A DNA stretch of 64,000 nucleotides from a virus (Duplodnaviria > Heunggongvirae > Uroviricota > Caudoviricetes), in IMG/VR virus record IMGVR_UViG_3300046524_000235, one strand, 5' to 3'. The notes under the pieces were generated by a model that saw only the letters and a list, made by a program, of their open reading frames with translations, was not told the origin of the DNA and searched no databases. Positions 45,711-54,824 of this stretch are shown in pieces; positions within the stretch are counted from its first letter, which is position 1, and every line of letters begins with the position of its first letter. A program made the position numbers and the translations under genes.

Positions 45711-46699
45711 ATTTCGTAAGACCGTTTTACATCTTCGGTCAGTTGTTCCAATTTCAGACTATCTACCATTCTCTGAAAGGCTTCTCTGTCTTCACCTCTG
45801 TAATCAGACATGAAGTTTCCAAGCTCTTTACCGGTAAGGCCAGTCCACTCAGATACGTTATTACCGTTGAACTTATCCTTAACACGCTCTGCTCGGAAAT
45901 AGTCAAGCGTGGCCTTGATAAAGTTCAGACCTATCTCTTGTGGCTCAGCTTCAGAAGCCAGCAGGATGCCGAGATCTTTTGAACCTCGCTTATCATTAAG
46001 ATGTTTATTATCCATCCACTCCAAGAAAAGCATATACGTATTGCGTTTCTTATCACGGACTCGGCCTACAGCATTACGATTTTCCAACAGGTAATTCCAC
46101 TTAGTGAAGTACTTGCTTGAGATTACGTATTCAAAGATAGCTTCCAGGTTATCAAATCCCAATGCATACCTGGAAGGGTCGTATCCGAGAAGATCGAGGG
46201 CCTTTTCAAAGTTCTGAGTGATACAGATTTCTTTGACAAGAGTGGTTCCGACGATGTACTTATACCAGAGACCGTCGTGGCCAAACTTGAGACCGAGCCC
46301 ATGAGCAGTCTGACCGATAAGATTACCAAGATCATTGAAAGCAAAATACTTAAAGGCAAAGTCATGGATTTCTCTAGGGACGGTAATGAAATCAATTTGA
46401 AAAATGGTTCGCTTAAACATCAAACCAGAAATGTCTAAAGCGAAAGAGATAACGTTTCCGTTAGTGTGAACCTCAGGAGAGTTAAGAGCTTTTTCGCAAA
46501 ACTCTCTAAGAGTCTTTATCTCAATACCTGAAATCAGAATGTCAAGATCACCAAAACTCTCTTTCTCTCTATATGCCGGAATAACTGAAATGATTGCGTC
46601 TGGAAAAGCTTCTTTAAGAACAGTACTCGTACCTTCTGCTACATAGTCGTAGTACTGTTTCTCCAGACGGACTGCATTGCTGATTGCATTACCGCCCAT
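45695..46699 (-). CDS. nucleotidyltransferase-fold protein (function unknown)
   Basis: SFGDLDILISG resembles the Pol-beta-superfamily G…DxD motif. Confidence 0.35.
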   Translation of the reverse strand: MGGNAISNAVRLEKQYYDYVAEGTSTVLKEAFPDAIISVIPAYREKESFGDLDILISGIEIKTLREFCEKALNSPEVHTNGNVISFALDISGLMFKRTIFQIDFITVPREIHDFAFKYFAFNDLGNLIGQTAHGLGLKFGHDGLWYKYIVGTTLVKEICITQNFEKALDLLGYDPSRYALGFDNLEAIFEYVISSKYFTKWNYLLENRNAVGRVRDKKRNTYMLFLEWMDNKHLNDKRGSKDLGILLASEAEPQEIGLNFIKATLDYFRAERVKDKFNGNNVSEWTGLTGKELGNFMSDYRGEDREAFQRMVDSLKLEQLTEDVKRSYEMWKLQ

Positions 46700-46925
46700 G
46701 ACTTCCTCACTTTTTTGCAGCTACAAGATCTGAACCAAACTTTACAACGATAATTACGAGTGCAACCGGAAGGGTGATCGGCCAGAACAGACAAGCAAAG
46801 CCAAGCAGAAGTCCATACACAAACATATGAATCGTGTGGTAAGGCAACTGACGTTTCTTGTTAAGACCAAGAGCTACCGTAAAGGCAGCTACCCACAACA
46901 GAATTGCGAATAACAGATAGTCCAC

Positions 46926-47651
46926 TTAATTCTCCTTGACGGCCTTATCGACCTTATCCAAAATAGTAAGCACCTTGTCAATATCAAACTTGTCTTCAGT
47001 GCGAGCACCGGATTCAAGATCGATCCAAACGAAGCCTTCTTCCACATCTTTGTGTTGCTGTAGCAATTCGAACACTGTTTGTTCTACGTTGTCTACGTTG
47101 ATTCCACCTGCATAACCTACGTCATACCGGCTAGCCCAAGGTTCTGGAATATCCGGCCATCCTGCTTCCTGCCAGGAAATACCTCTGCCGCCAGAAGCGT
47201 CAAGGAGAATTTTCAGATCAGGAGGTACATCTTCATCGAACATTCCATTGAGAAGAATGTCGGTGTTCTGACTATACTGGACGATTACAGTATTCTTCTC
47301 AGCCTTTGCGAATTCAAAGATCAAGTCTTTGTTTTCCGCAGTCAAGAAATTGAACTGAACTGCGTTGTACCCTAGCGTTACTTCGTTTTCGAAATGTTTC
47401 CAAGAAGACAGAAACGCCTCTACCGATTTGCCACAAAGATGCGCAGCAAGAGTGTAGTATTCACCTCTATCGTTCGTTGCCCAGTACAGCTTCTCCCTCC
47501 ACTGTGCTGTTGGGTAACGAGGTTGGCCCTCACGGGATTTAGAAAATAGAATGCCCCATTCTACGAACGGGTATTCACGACCGATATCATCAAGAAGATT
47601 TGGATCAACCGCATCATCTGCACCGGTAATAGTAACGCCTAGTTCAATCAT
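46926..47651 (-). CDS. TIM-barrel protein, phosphoribosylanthranilate isomerase (TrpF)-like
   Basis: ILLDASGGRGISW…GYAGGINVDNV…IDLESGAR resembles TrpF blocks. Confidence 0.4.
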   Translation of the reverse strand: MIELGVTITGADDAVDPNLLDDIGREYPFVEWGILFSKSREGQPRYPTAQWREKLYWATNDRGEYYTLAAHLCGKSVEAFLSSWKHFENEVTLGYNAVQFNFLTAENKDLIFEFAKAEKNTVIVQYSQNTDILLNGMFDEDVPPDLKILLDASGGRGISWQEAGWPDIPEPWASRYDVGYAGGINVDNVEQTVFELLQQHKDVEEGFVWIDLESGARTEDKFDIDKVLTILDKVDKAVKEN

Positions 47652-47653
47652 TG

Positions 47654-48103
47654 TTATTCCTTTGGAATTGCTGATACTGCTAATTGATCTACTGCTTCAT
47701 TCCAGACATTACCGGAATGACCTTTGACCCATTTCCATGTCAAATTCTTATGCTGTTCACAAACTCTGTCTAACCGTTCCCATAGGTCTCGATTTTTAAC
47801 TGGTTGTTTATTTGAACCGATCCAGTTCTTTGTCTTCCAACCTTTAATCCATTCTGTAATTCCTTGCAGAACGTATTTGGAATCCGTTATTACAACAATT
47901 GATTCAGGCTTGCCATCTAGGAAAGATTCTAGGCCTGAAATTGCACCCATTAGTTCCATGCGATTATTGGTCGTATCTTTCTCTCCGCCACTTCCACGTT
48001 CCAACATTCCATTTGTTTCGCTTACTGCAATGTACCCATACCCGCCTGGCCCTGGATTACCAGAGCAGGCTCCATCGGTGTAAATGGTAACCTGCTTCGT
48101 CAT
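47654..48103 (-). CDS. rnhA: ribonuclease HI
   Basis: TDGACSGNPGPGGYG…MELMG…ITDSKYV…HSGNVWNEAVD. Confidence 0.8.
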   Translation of the reverse strand: MTKQVTIYTDGACSGNPGPGGYGYIAVSETNGMLERGSGGEKDTTNNRMELMGAISGLESFLDGKPESIVVITDSKYVLQGITEWIKGWKTKNWIGSNKQPVKNRDLWERLDRVCEQHKNLTWKWVKGHSGNVWNEAVDQLAVSAIPKE

Positions 48104-49812
48104 TATGCCTTCTTCTTAAATAACATATCGTTAATTGCTTCTTGCGTTACGCCGCGATGTACTTGTTCTACTTGACCCCAGTTAAAGCCGATTTCACCTT
48201 CAACTCCAATCGGAAGATCAAGCCAATCAAAGTTTTCGACAGGCCATTCGTTCATATAGTAGAACGCTGTTTCAATTACTTGTGCTGCATTCTCAATCGG
48301 AATCTCAAACTCAATCGAATCGTACACAGTACAGATTGACTTGTTACGGGGATCAAGTTTCTTGATTGCTTCATTCAGATTAGCGAATGTAACTAGACCA
48401 AGAGTTGAAGTCGCACTTTGAATCCGTACGTTCTGAGCATTTCGAAGAGATGCGTTATACGCTGCAGTCTTCTTGAATACTTCTTGTGCTACATACTCAT
48501 GCTTGTACTGACCAAATGGAGTCCACACCTTCTGATTCCAACGAGCCATGTTATGTGACTCCTCAATGTAGTCCTTAACTCCAGGATATGCATTGAAGTA
48601 CATGTTGACCAGACGCTCAGCCTCGTCCTTCTCAATCGCTAGCTGCATTGCAATACCGCCGACTGACGAACCATACAAAATCGAGAACGTCAAAGTCTTA
48701 GCAACTTGTCGCATACGCTTGTATTCTTTGTTAAGCGCATTAGTCTTATCTTCAAGAACGTGAATGTAATCGTCGTACGGAATTCTCATCATAGCACTTG
48801 CGGAATAGGAGTGAAAATCAAGTCCCTCAGCAATTGCCTTCAGCATATTCTTGTCTTTACAGATTGCTCCGAGAATCTTTACTTCCGCTGACGAAAAATC
48901 GAAAGCAATAAACACATTACCGGAGTCAACAGTATAACATTCCCTAACGTTGTAGCCATGTTTTGGCCGAGGTAACTGTGTAAGATTTGGGGAATCACCA
49001 GTGATGCGAAAACTACTAGTACCGAACATGTTATAGCTAGGATGAATACGACCATCACGCTTAACAAAGTCTTCGACATACGTTTTGATGAACGTGTTAT
49101 GTACACTGTTGATATCCTTTCTTTTAGCCATGTCTGCCAAGAACTGAAACTTGGGGTCTTCGGCAGTATATTGGTTGGCTAGTGGATTTAAACCAGCCAA
49201 GGTTAAGAGTGCAGCACCGTCAGTTGCATCGTCACCAGACTTCGTTTTAAACGGGGCAACAAACCCTAACTCTTCATAGAGCAACTTGCCGACTTCCGTG
49301 CCGGAATCAAGGTTAATACGTTTGCCTAATGCTGTGAAAATCTTCTCGTCAAATTCTTCAACTTCACGAACCATCTGCTCAGAGATCTTACGGTTACGAT
49401 CTACGTCATAGACCATTCCGTTAATTTCCAAGTCAATGATGAATTCGTGACACATCATCTCTGTATTGACAATCGATTCGATAATCGCTGGAGCCTTGGC
49501 CTTAATTGGCGCTCCTGTCGGTCCTGCAATCTGAACTTCCTGCGGCTTGACCATTGCTGGCCATAAACCTGTCAGAACCTCTGACGTTACGATATTGTCG
49601 ATACCTGCATATACATACAAGTCTTCGCTATCAAAGTCCTCGTATGTACGGTAGATCTTCTTTTCTAATACCGGTTCTTCTACCTTTGGCTTAGGCTCTG
49701 CTTTCTTGCGAGTTTTTTTCTCTACTGGCTGTTCAACTACCGCTGCAACAATCTTCTCTTCTAGAATCTGCTCAGTTGACTTCTTTGCTTTTGGATCTAC
49801 GCGCTTAATCAC
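48103..49812 (-). CDS. DNA polymerase I family (family A), polymerase domain part
   Basis: Pol A motif A (FIAFDFSSAEVKIL) and motif B (RQVAKTLTFSILYG). Begins with GTG or an alternative start 8 nt inside the upstream ORF. Confidence 0.8.
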   Translation of the reverse strand: MIKRVDPKAKKSTEQILEEKIVAAVVEQPVEKKTRKKAEPKPKVEEPVLEKKIYRTYEDFDSEDLYVYAGIDNIVTSEVLTGLWPAMVKPQEVQIAGPTGAPIKAKAPAIIESIVNTEMMCHEFIIDLEINGMVYDVDRNRKISEQMVREVEEFDEKIFTALGKRINLDSGTEVGKLLYEELGFVAPFKTKSGDDATDGAALLTLAGLNPLANQYTAEDPKFQFLADMAKRKDINSVHNTFIKTYVEDFVKRDGRIHPSYNMFGTSSFRITGDSPNLTQLPRPKHGYNVRECYTVDSGNVFIAFDFSSAEVKILGAICKDKNMLKAIAEGLDFHSYSASAMMRIPYDDYIHVLEDKTNALNKEYKRMRQVAKTLTFSILYGSSVGGIAMQLAIEKDEAERLVNMYFNAYPGVKDYIEESHNMARWNQKVWTPFGQYKHEYVAQEVFKKTAAYNASLRNAQNVRIQSATSTLGLVTFANLNEAIKKLDPRNKSICTVYDSIEFEIPIENAAQVIETAFYYMNEWPVENFDWLDLPIGVEGEIGFNWGQVEQVHRGVTQEAINDMLFKKKA

Positions 49813-51064
49813 TTTCTACTTCCTCTTCGTCTTCTTCAGTCTCTTCACCTTCTTCAGGTGCATTCTTAGTTAGCTTTGGTAATAGGTCTTCGTAACCACC
49901 CAGTCCAGTCCAAGGAACAATATCCCAGACTGCTGTTTTCAGCGAGTACGTACCCTGAGCCCCACTATCTAGACTGTGTAAAACTAAAAGAGTATCAAAT
50001 GCCATATTCTTTACACGAACTTTTGTCGTGTGCCAAATATATAAGATATCGAACTTTATGTTGTGGCCTACTTTTGGCCTATCGCTCTCTAGGAACAGTT
50101 TTACAAATTCCCAAGCTTCATCTGCGTTGTACATCTTATTCTCACGATGCCACAACGGAATTACCAAAGCCTTTACTTGCTTGTCAACCTGATCTCTATA
50201 TCCAAACTGAACACACAGAAGCTTTGCATTCTCAGCCAGTCCATCCAGACTAGTCGTTTCAGTATCTAGACTTACAATTGCATTTGCAGGAAGTTTAATC
50301 AACGTATTCATAAAATCCTTTACGTCGTCAAGGCTTCTCGCTACTCGAATTCGGTTCTCTTTATAGAACTTGATTGCTTCTTCAAGAGTAGGCGGTTTTA
50401 AATGCCCTGTAGCCATCGCTACGGCCTTCTTGAAGTCCCGGAGGATCACGCCATACAACTCTTGACCCCAGAAGGCCCCAGAGGCGTTCTGACGAATCAT
50501 CGTCAATGCTCTTGGATGAATTGTGATGATTACATTATCAATGTACTCGCCACGATTACCCGTGTTACTGTGCTTCTTATATCCAAGTGCTTTAGTGACT
50601 GCTGTTGCCAGACTGATAATCACTTTAGGTTTGCAACGCTCTATCTCTTCTAAAAGATAAGGCTTGCATTTCATAAGCTTTGTTGCAGTCGGTGCTTTAC
50701 CCTTTGGGAAGTCTTCTTCGTTAGGAGCACACTTAAGCAAGTTTACAAGACGGTATTTCAAATCTCCGAATCCTGCTTGCTTGCAGAGATGGTGAATAAT
50801 GTCTTGTTGAATCTTCTCTTGCTGTCCTTCTACTCTGTCCCACTTCCCAGCAGGTGCCGCATGGTCCTGAATGATCAGGATGTCTACTTCGTTTTGAGCA
50901 AGACGTACGTTGTTGTACGATTTGCATTTCAGCTTACAGACTTTGTCGCAATATGTTTGACTAATCTTGCTGAAATCTTCCTTGCTATGGATTGCCACTT
51001 CTACAGACGTTGTAATCTTTCTTTCATACAACTCGTTCAGTGGAAGATCTGAGATCTTTGCCAT
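49805..51064 (-). CDS. DNA polymerase N-terminal part: UDG-like domain + 3'-5' exonuclease
   Basis: Exo I motif (VSLDTETTSLD). N-terminal region is family-4 UDG-like (as fused to SPO1-type Pol A). Acidic C-terminus. Confidence 0.7.
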   Translation of the reverse strand: MAKISDLPLNELYERKITTSVEVAIHSKEDFSKISQTYCDKVCKLKCKSYNNVRLAQNEVDILIIQDHAAPAGKWDRVEGQQEKIQQDIIHHLCKQAGFGDLKYRLVNLLKCAPNEEDFPKGKAPTATKLMKCKPYLLEEIERCKPKVIISLATAVTKALGYKKHSNTGNRGEYIDNVIITIHPRALTMIRQNASGAFWGQELYGVILRDFKKAVAMATGHLKPPTLEEAIKFYKENRIRVARSLDDVKDFMNTLIKLPANAIVSLDTETTSLDGLAENAKLLCVQFGYRDQVDKQVKALVIPLWHRENKMYNADEAWEFVKLFLESDRPKVGHNIKFDILYIWHTTKVRVKNMAFDTLLVLHSLDSGAQGTYSLKTAVWDIVPWTGLGGYEDLLPKLTKNAPEEGEETEEDEEEVESD

Positions 51065-51128
51065 TGTTTCTTTCTTCCGTTAAAACGTTATTATCTCATT
51101 GAACAGAAGGCTCAACAAGACTTGACTT

Positions 51129-51608
51129 TTAGTTGCTATAGTATCCTGAAACCAGCCATGCTGGTTCCGTGTAGCTTATACCATACTTCTCGCAGAAATT
51201 GCGCAGTCTATCGATCTCTTCTTGAGACACTTCCAGGTCCTCTGGATCGAGCTTTGTGCAATCCCAGATTTCTCCTACTGATACCTTCTTTGAATACAGA
51301 ATGTATGCAGGATATTCACTTGTGCCGTAGTGTTCTATTCCGACGCCTACATTTTCCAAGGCGTTATGCTTAGCATCCCAGTAAGCACAATACAACTCCT
51401 TGGTTTCTTCTGAATAATCTTCTGTTGGGTGCACTACTCCTAATTCTTTCAGAATCAAACTTTCAACAGCGTCTCCAACGCCATCGTAGTTTTCTTCTCC
51501 CACCGCTTCCCGAAGAGTATTTTCAAACTTCTCAAACTCTTCGTAGTCATCTTCGATACCCCCTAGATCAATACCGAAAACTAACTTTATATCTATACTC
51601 ATCCCCAT
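51129..51608 (-). CDS. hypothetical acidic protein (159 aa)
   Basis: Intact ORF. Confidence 0.4.
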   Translation of the reverse strand: MGMSIDIKLVFGIDLGGIEDDYEEFEKFENTLREAVGEENYDGVGDAVESLILKELGVVHPTEDYSEETKELYCAYWDAKHNALENVGVGIEHYGTSEYPAYILYSKKVSVGEIWDCTKLDPEDLEVSQEEIDRLRNFCEKYGISYTEPAWLVSGYYSN

Positions 51609-52438
51609 TACTGCCCCGCATGAAAAAGTCTAAACGAACCTTGACTCACAGTAAGCGACGTGAGCTTAGGAACATCATTAATAACTTCAATTGCACTTCT
51701 GATTACTTCTCTTGATGCTGGCTTGTTAGCGTCAGGAATCAACGACCAAGTATGGTCATCAATCGCTACGAGCTTCTTAAACTTCTTGGTGAACGTACCT
51801 TGCCTAAAAGATTCAGGATAGTCGTGGAAGTTAATCCCTACTTGTCGAAGCATTTCAATTTTCTCAGCAGTGTTTTTATGAAGCAACTCTGAGTTGTTGA
51901 AGACCGTGTGCGCAGCCATGCTGACACTGTTCTTACGAGCATCCCACTGACGCCATACAAAGTAATCATATGCTTGCTCCCATTTTGGGAATTGGAATAC
52001 ACGAGCATCAAAGACTGGACGTGCTGCGAATTTGCTCGGCAGGAAGCCTTGCAAGTAACTGTTAAAAATCACTGAGCACTTTGCAGCATAGACGCTTAGC
52101 CATTTCTGAACCTTGCCATCAAAGTTCAGCTGTGCAGTAGGATCCCTATTAAACCAAAGAAGACTGATCTCATCGCTCTGGTGGTATGCCAGATCAGGAT
52201 TCAATTCCTTGATCAGATCATCCACTGTACATTGAAACGTTTGAGCCAGTTCTTTATCGTAGGGCTTGGTGAGACCCTTTGTGAATGTATGGAATGCGTT
52301 CCCATCAAAGCGAATGACAGTCGGCAGACCTGGCATCAAGTGTTCGCTGTTGTACTTCTTTTCATACCGCTTCATTTCGTCGCCAAGAGCGTTGAAATCA
52401 AGATGGCGAATTTCTTCTGTTATCTGTGTCTGTGTCAT
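51608..52438 (-). CDS. Thg1-like protein (tRNA-His guanylyltransferase family, 3'-5' polymerase)
   Basis: VIRFDGNAFHTFTKGLTKPYD matches the Thg1/TLP active-site signature. Start moved to ATG at 52438, because the track's TTG-initiated extension is the reverse complement of a hairpin. Confidence 0.55.
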   Translation of the reverse strand: MTQTQITEEIRHLDFNALGDEMKRYEKKYNSEHLMPGLPTVIRFDGNAFHTFTKGLTKPYDKELAQTFQCTVDDLIKELNPDLAYHQSDEISLLWFNRDPTAQLNFDGKVQKWLSVYAAKCSVIFNSYLQGFLPSKFAARPVFDARVFQFPKWEQAYDYFVWRQWDARKNSVSMAAHTVFNNSELLHKNTAEKIEMLRQVGINFHDYPESFRQGTFTKKFKKLVAIDDHTWSLIPDANKPASREVIRSAIEVINDVPKLTSLTVSQGSFRLFHAGQ

Positions 52439-52451
52439 TTGAGTAAACCAA

Positions 52452-52490
52452 AAAAAACCGGGGAGGTCGAGTCCCCGGTCAAAGACCAAT
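52452..52490 (-). terminator. hairpin + T8 (intrinsic terminator or attenuator) 13 nt upstream of the Thg1-like start
   Basis: Minus sense: CCGGGGA-CTCGACC-TCCCCGG then TTTTTTTT. Confidence 0.4.
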
Positions 52491-52566
52491 TGACGGGTTA
52501 GGTCAATGCACTACCAAGAAAGGGAATTAACCAATGATGACGATCAATGAGTTTCTTCCATACTTT

Positions 52567-52579
52567 ACTTATACCAAAA
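52567..52579 (-). promoter_or_regulatory. promoter-like motif at the edge of the iteron region
   Basis: Plus-strand acttataccaaaa. Confidence 0.4.
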
Positions 52580-52589
52580 CCACTATAGA

Positions 52590-53200
52590 TTAGTGACTTT
52601 TTGGACGTGTCCAGTTTCCTTAAAAAATGTCCAGTTTTAAAATTTCAGAATTCTTCTTTATAATCAAAGACTTAAAGAGGGTTTGTCCAGTGTGTCCAAT
52701 TCTTGTTTAGAAAACTGGACAGGTGTTTTCTCTTTAGAATCAAGAGCTTAGATACGATTGTCCAGAAATTTCGGCTTTTTCGCAAAAACCATACCTCACT
52801 TTCTAATAGCCAAAAGATTTACCAAAAAAGAAAACAGACCCCTTATATATAAATATATTTTTTAAAAGTTCAAATATAAATATATATATAGTACCCCCTG
52901 TTTTCTGGACTGGTTAGGGCTAACCCTAAGTTTTTCTTTTTTTGTTTTTTATTTAGTCAAAAAGAAAGTGAGGTATGGTTTTTGGAAAAAAGCCGATATT
53001 TCTGGACAAAGTGACTTAAGTGTTTGATTCTAAAGAGTAAAATGTGTCCAGTTTTTTTTAGAGAAATTGGACAAACTGGACAGATGCTAGTTAAGTCTTT
53101 GATTCTAAACATTATTTTTCAAAAGTAAGAACTGGACATTTTTGGACAAAACTGGACACATTGAATTTGAAGTCCAGTTTTAGTACAGAAGTATGGCTCT
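52590..53200. repeat. iteron-like array of TGTCCAG/CTGGACA half-sites, AT-rich core, and about 90-bp imperfect inverted repeat (candidate origin/regulatory hub)
   Basis: At least 14 copies of GTCCAG/CTGGAC in both orientations. Inverted arms about 52725..52805 and 52955..53045 (e.g. agaaatttcggctttttcgcaaaaaccatacctcactttct versus its near reverse complement). AT-rich tatataaatatat core 52810..52950. Confidence 0.6.
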
Positions 53201-53328
53201 GACTTCACCACAGCCTCCAGGACGGGCTGGAAACCCTAAGACATCACTTAGGTAGTCCAGGCTCGTCAGAGGCTCTAAGAGGCTTTAAATGACTAAAAAA
53301 GAGAGCCGGAAAATCGGCCCTCTCAAAG

Positions 53329-54438
53329 TTACAGCGTAGGCATCAACTCGGAAAGCTTGAACGAGCCAAAGTCATGGCCGATCTTCACTTTCACAAGTGC
53401 CCAAGTGAACACAAAAGACTCATCTTCGAAAAGACCTTCTTCTCGCATGAGTTCATTGACTTCACCCATGTCCATATCATGAAGTTCCCGGTCAACAATG
53501 AATCGTTGCTGATCATTTGGTGTAGGCATGCCACTGTCACGATATGCTGCCGTCCATTCAATACCCCGCGCTTGCTGAGCTTGATTGAGAGTAGCCACTA
53601 TCAAGGTACGTTGTGCACGACGTTCGCTAAAGTCGTATGTCGCTGTTTCAATAAGATTACTGACATGATTTTGAATACGATGCAAAAGAGCCTGATTAAA
53701 CTCTTCCGGCTTCTTGCTGCGAACGAACCGTTCAGAGAATGACTGAAGCAGAACTACTTCTTCATCTTCAACCGAGCGCCCAATCAACAGATGCACAACT
53801 TCCATCTTGTTGTAAGCAGTCAGCGCCGGAATCTCCGTAATACCAGCAGGCAATGCTCCGCCATCGCGGGTCATCACCAGAATGGGGATTTCTTCACGAG
53901 TTCGTACGACGGGCTCCAGAGCAGGGATCCGTTCTGACGTTCCCAACGACGCTGGCTCATTACGACCTTCGCATCGTCCGTCGTTTTGATCGTCTGACAG
54001 AACCTCTGCAAAGTCTGCTTCGGCATCGCCACTCGTTGATGTGACGTCTCCCCCCAACTGTACAACTTGTCGTTTGGCAACACGAGTGAGCTGTGGATGA
54101 CTATTAGCTTGCTCATTTTGAAGCTCCTGTTGAATTTCTTCCTGTTCAGATTCGTCAAGATCCGTGCCTGCATCTACAGGGTCTGCCGTAGCACTAACTT
54201 CCGCTACGGGTTGTACGGGAGCAAGTTCAACGCGTCGCATTTGACGCTGAACAGGCTGAAGAGGCGGAATAGAACCTTCGCTAAGTACTTCACCACGAGT
54301 CTGTACCAGCGGAGGAAATGACTCCTGCTCCGCTGAAGCTGATTCCTCTACTCGTTGAGTAGCGTTGAATACAACTCTTTCTTCTTGGGGTTCCGGAGCA
54401 AGTTCTACGACAGTACGAGTGGGTTTGTTCAGCTTCAT
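53329..54438 (-). CDS. hypothetical acidic protein (369 aa)
   Basis: Intact ORF. Confidence 0.45.
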   Translation of the reverse strand: MKLNKPTRTVVELAPEPQEERVVFNATQRVEESASAEQESFPPLVQTRGEVLSEGSIPPLQPVQRQMRRVELAPVQPVAEVSATADPVDAGTDLDESEQEEIQQELQNEQANSHPQLTRVAKRQVVQLGGDVTSTSGDAEADFAEVLSDDQNDGRCEGRNEPASLGTSERIPALEPVVRTREEIPILVMTRDGGALPAGITEIPALTAYNKMEVVHLLIGRSVEDEEVVLLQSFSERFVRSKKPEEFNQALLHRIQNHVSNLIETATYDFSERRAQRTLIVATLNQAQQARGIEWTAAYRDSGMPTPNDQQRFIVDRELHDMDMGEVNELMREEGLFEDESFVFTWALVKVKIGHDFGSFKLSELMPTL

Positions 54439-54460
54439 TTCAACTCCTAGTTAAAAAGGT

Positions 54461-54817
54461 TTACAGCTCGAAGTGTTCAAGCAAAGTGTCGGTTTCGATT
54501 TTTACTGCGTACCATGAAATAGTGTTAACCCAGTGAGTGTCTCCGTCTTGTCCGGAAATAGTCACGGAATATCCATCAACCATGTTATCGTTCGTATCAA
54601 CTACAAAGACAGGCTTAAGCGGATGCTTCAAAACGTTGAGGCCTTCTTCTTGCACCGTGTTAAGGTGATCTACCACGATCATTTGATGTGCTACTTCAGG
54701 ATTTGAGGCAATGCCGAGAATCGTAGTGGTAGTACCTACATTACCTGTGTCTTTTGTTGAATGCGAATAGTCTAGCTTCGCAAATACTACGCTTACTGAT
54801 GTGTTCTTTTCTGTCAT
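54461..54817 (-). CDS. hypothetical protein (118 aa)
   Basis: Intact ORF. Confidence 0.4.
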   Translation of the reverse strand: MTEKNTSVSVVFAKLDYSHSTKDTGNVGTTTTILGIASNPEVAHQMIVVDHLNTVQEEGLNVLKHPLKPVFVVDTNDNMVDGYSVTISGQDGDTHWVNTISWYAVKIETDTLLEHFEL

Positions 54818-54824
54818 GCTTTCT

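Noticed and set aside
52438-52489. TTG-initiated N-terminal extension of the Thg1-like ORF (MVFDRGLDLPGFFWFTQ)
   Set aside because: The extension is the reading of a GC hairpin plus T-tract. The ATG at 52438 begins the conserved region.
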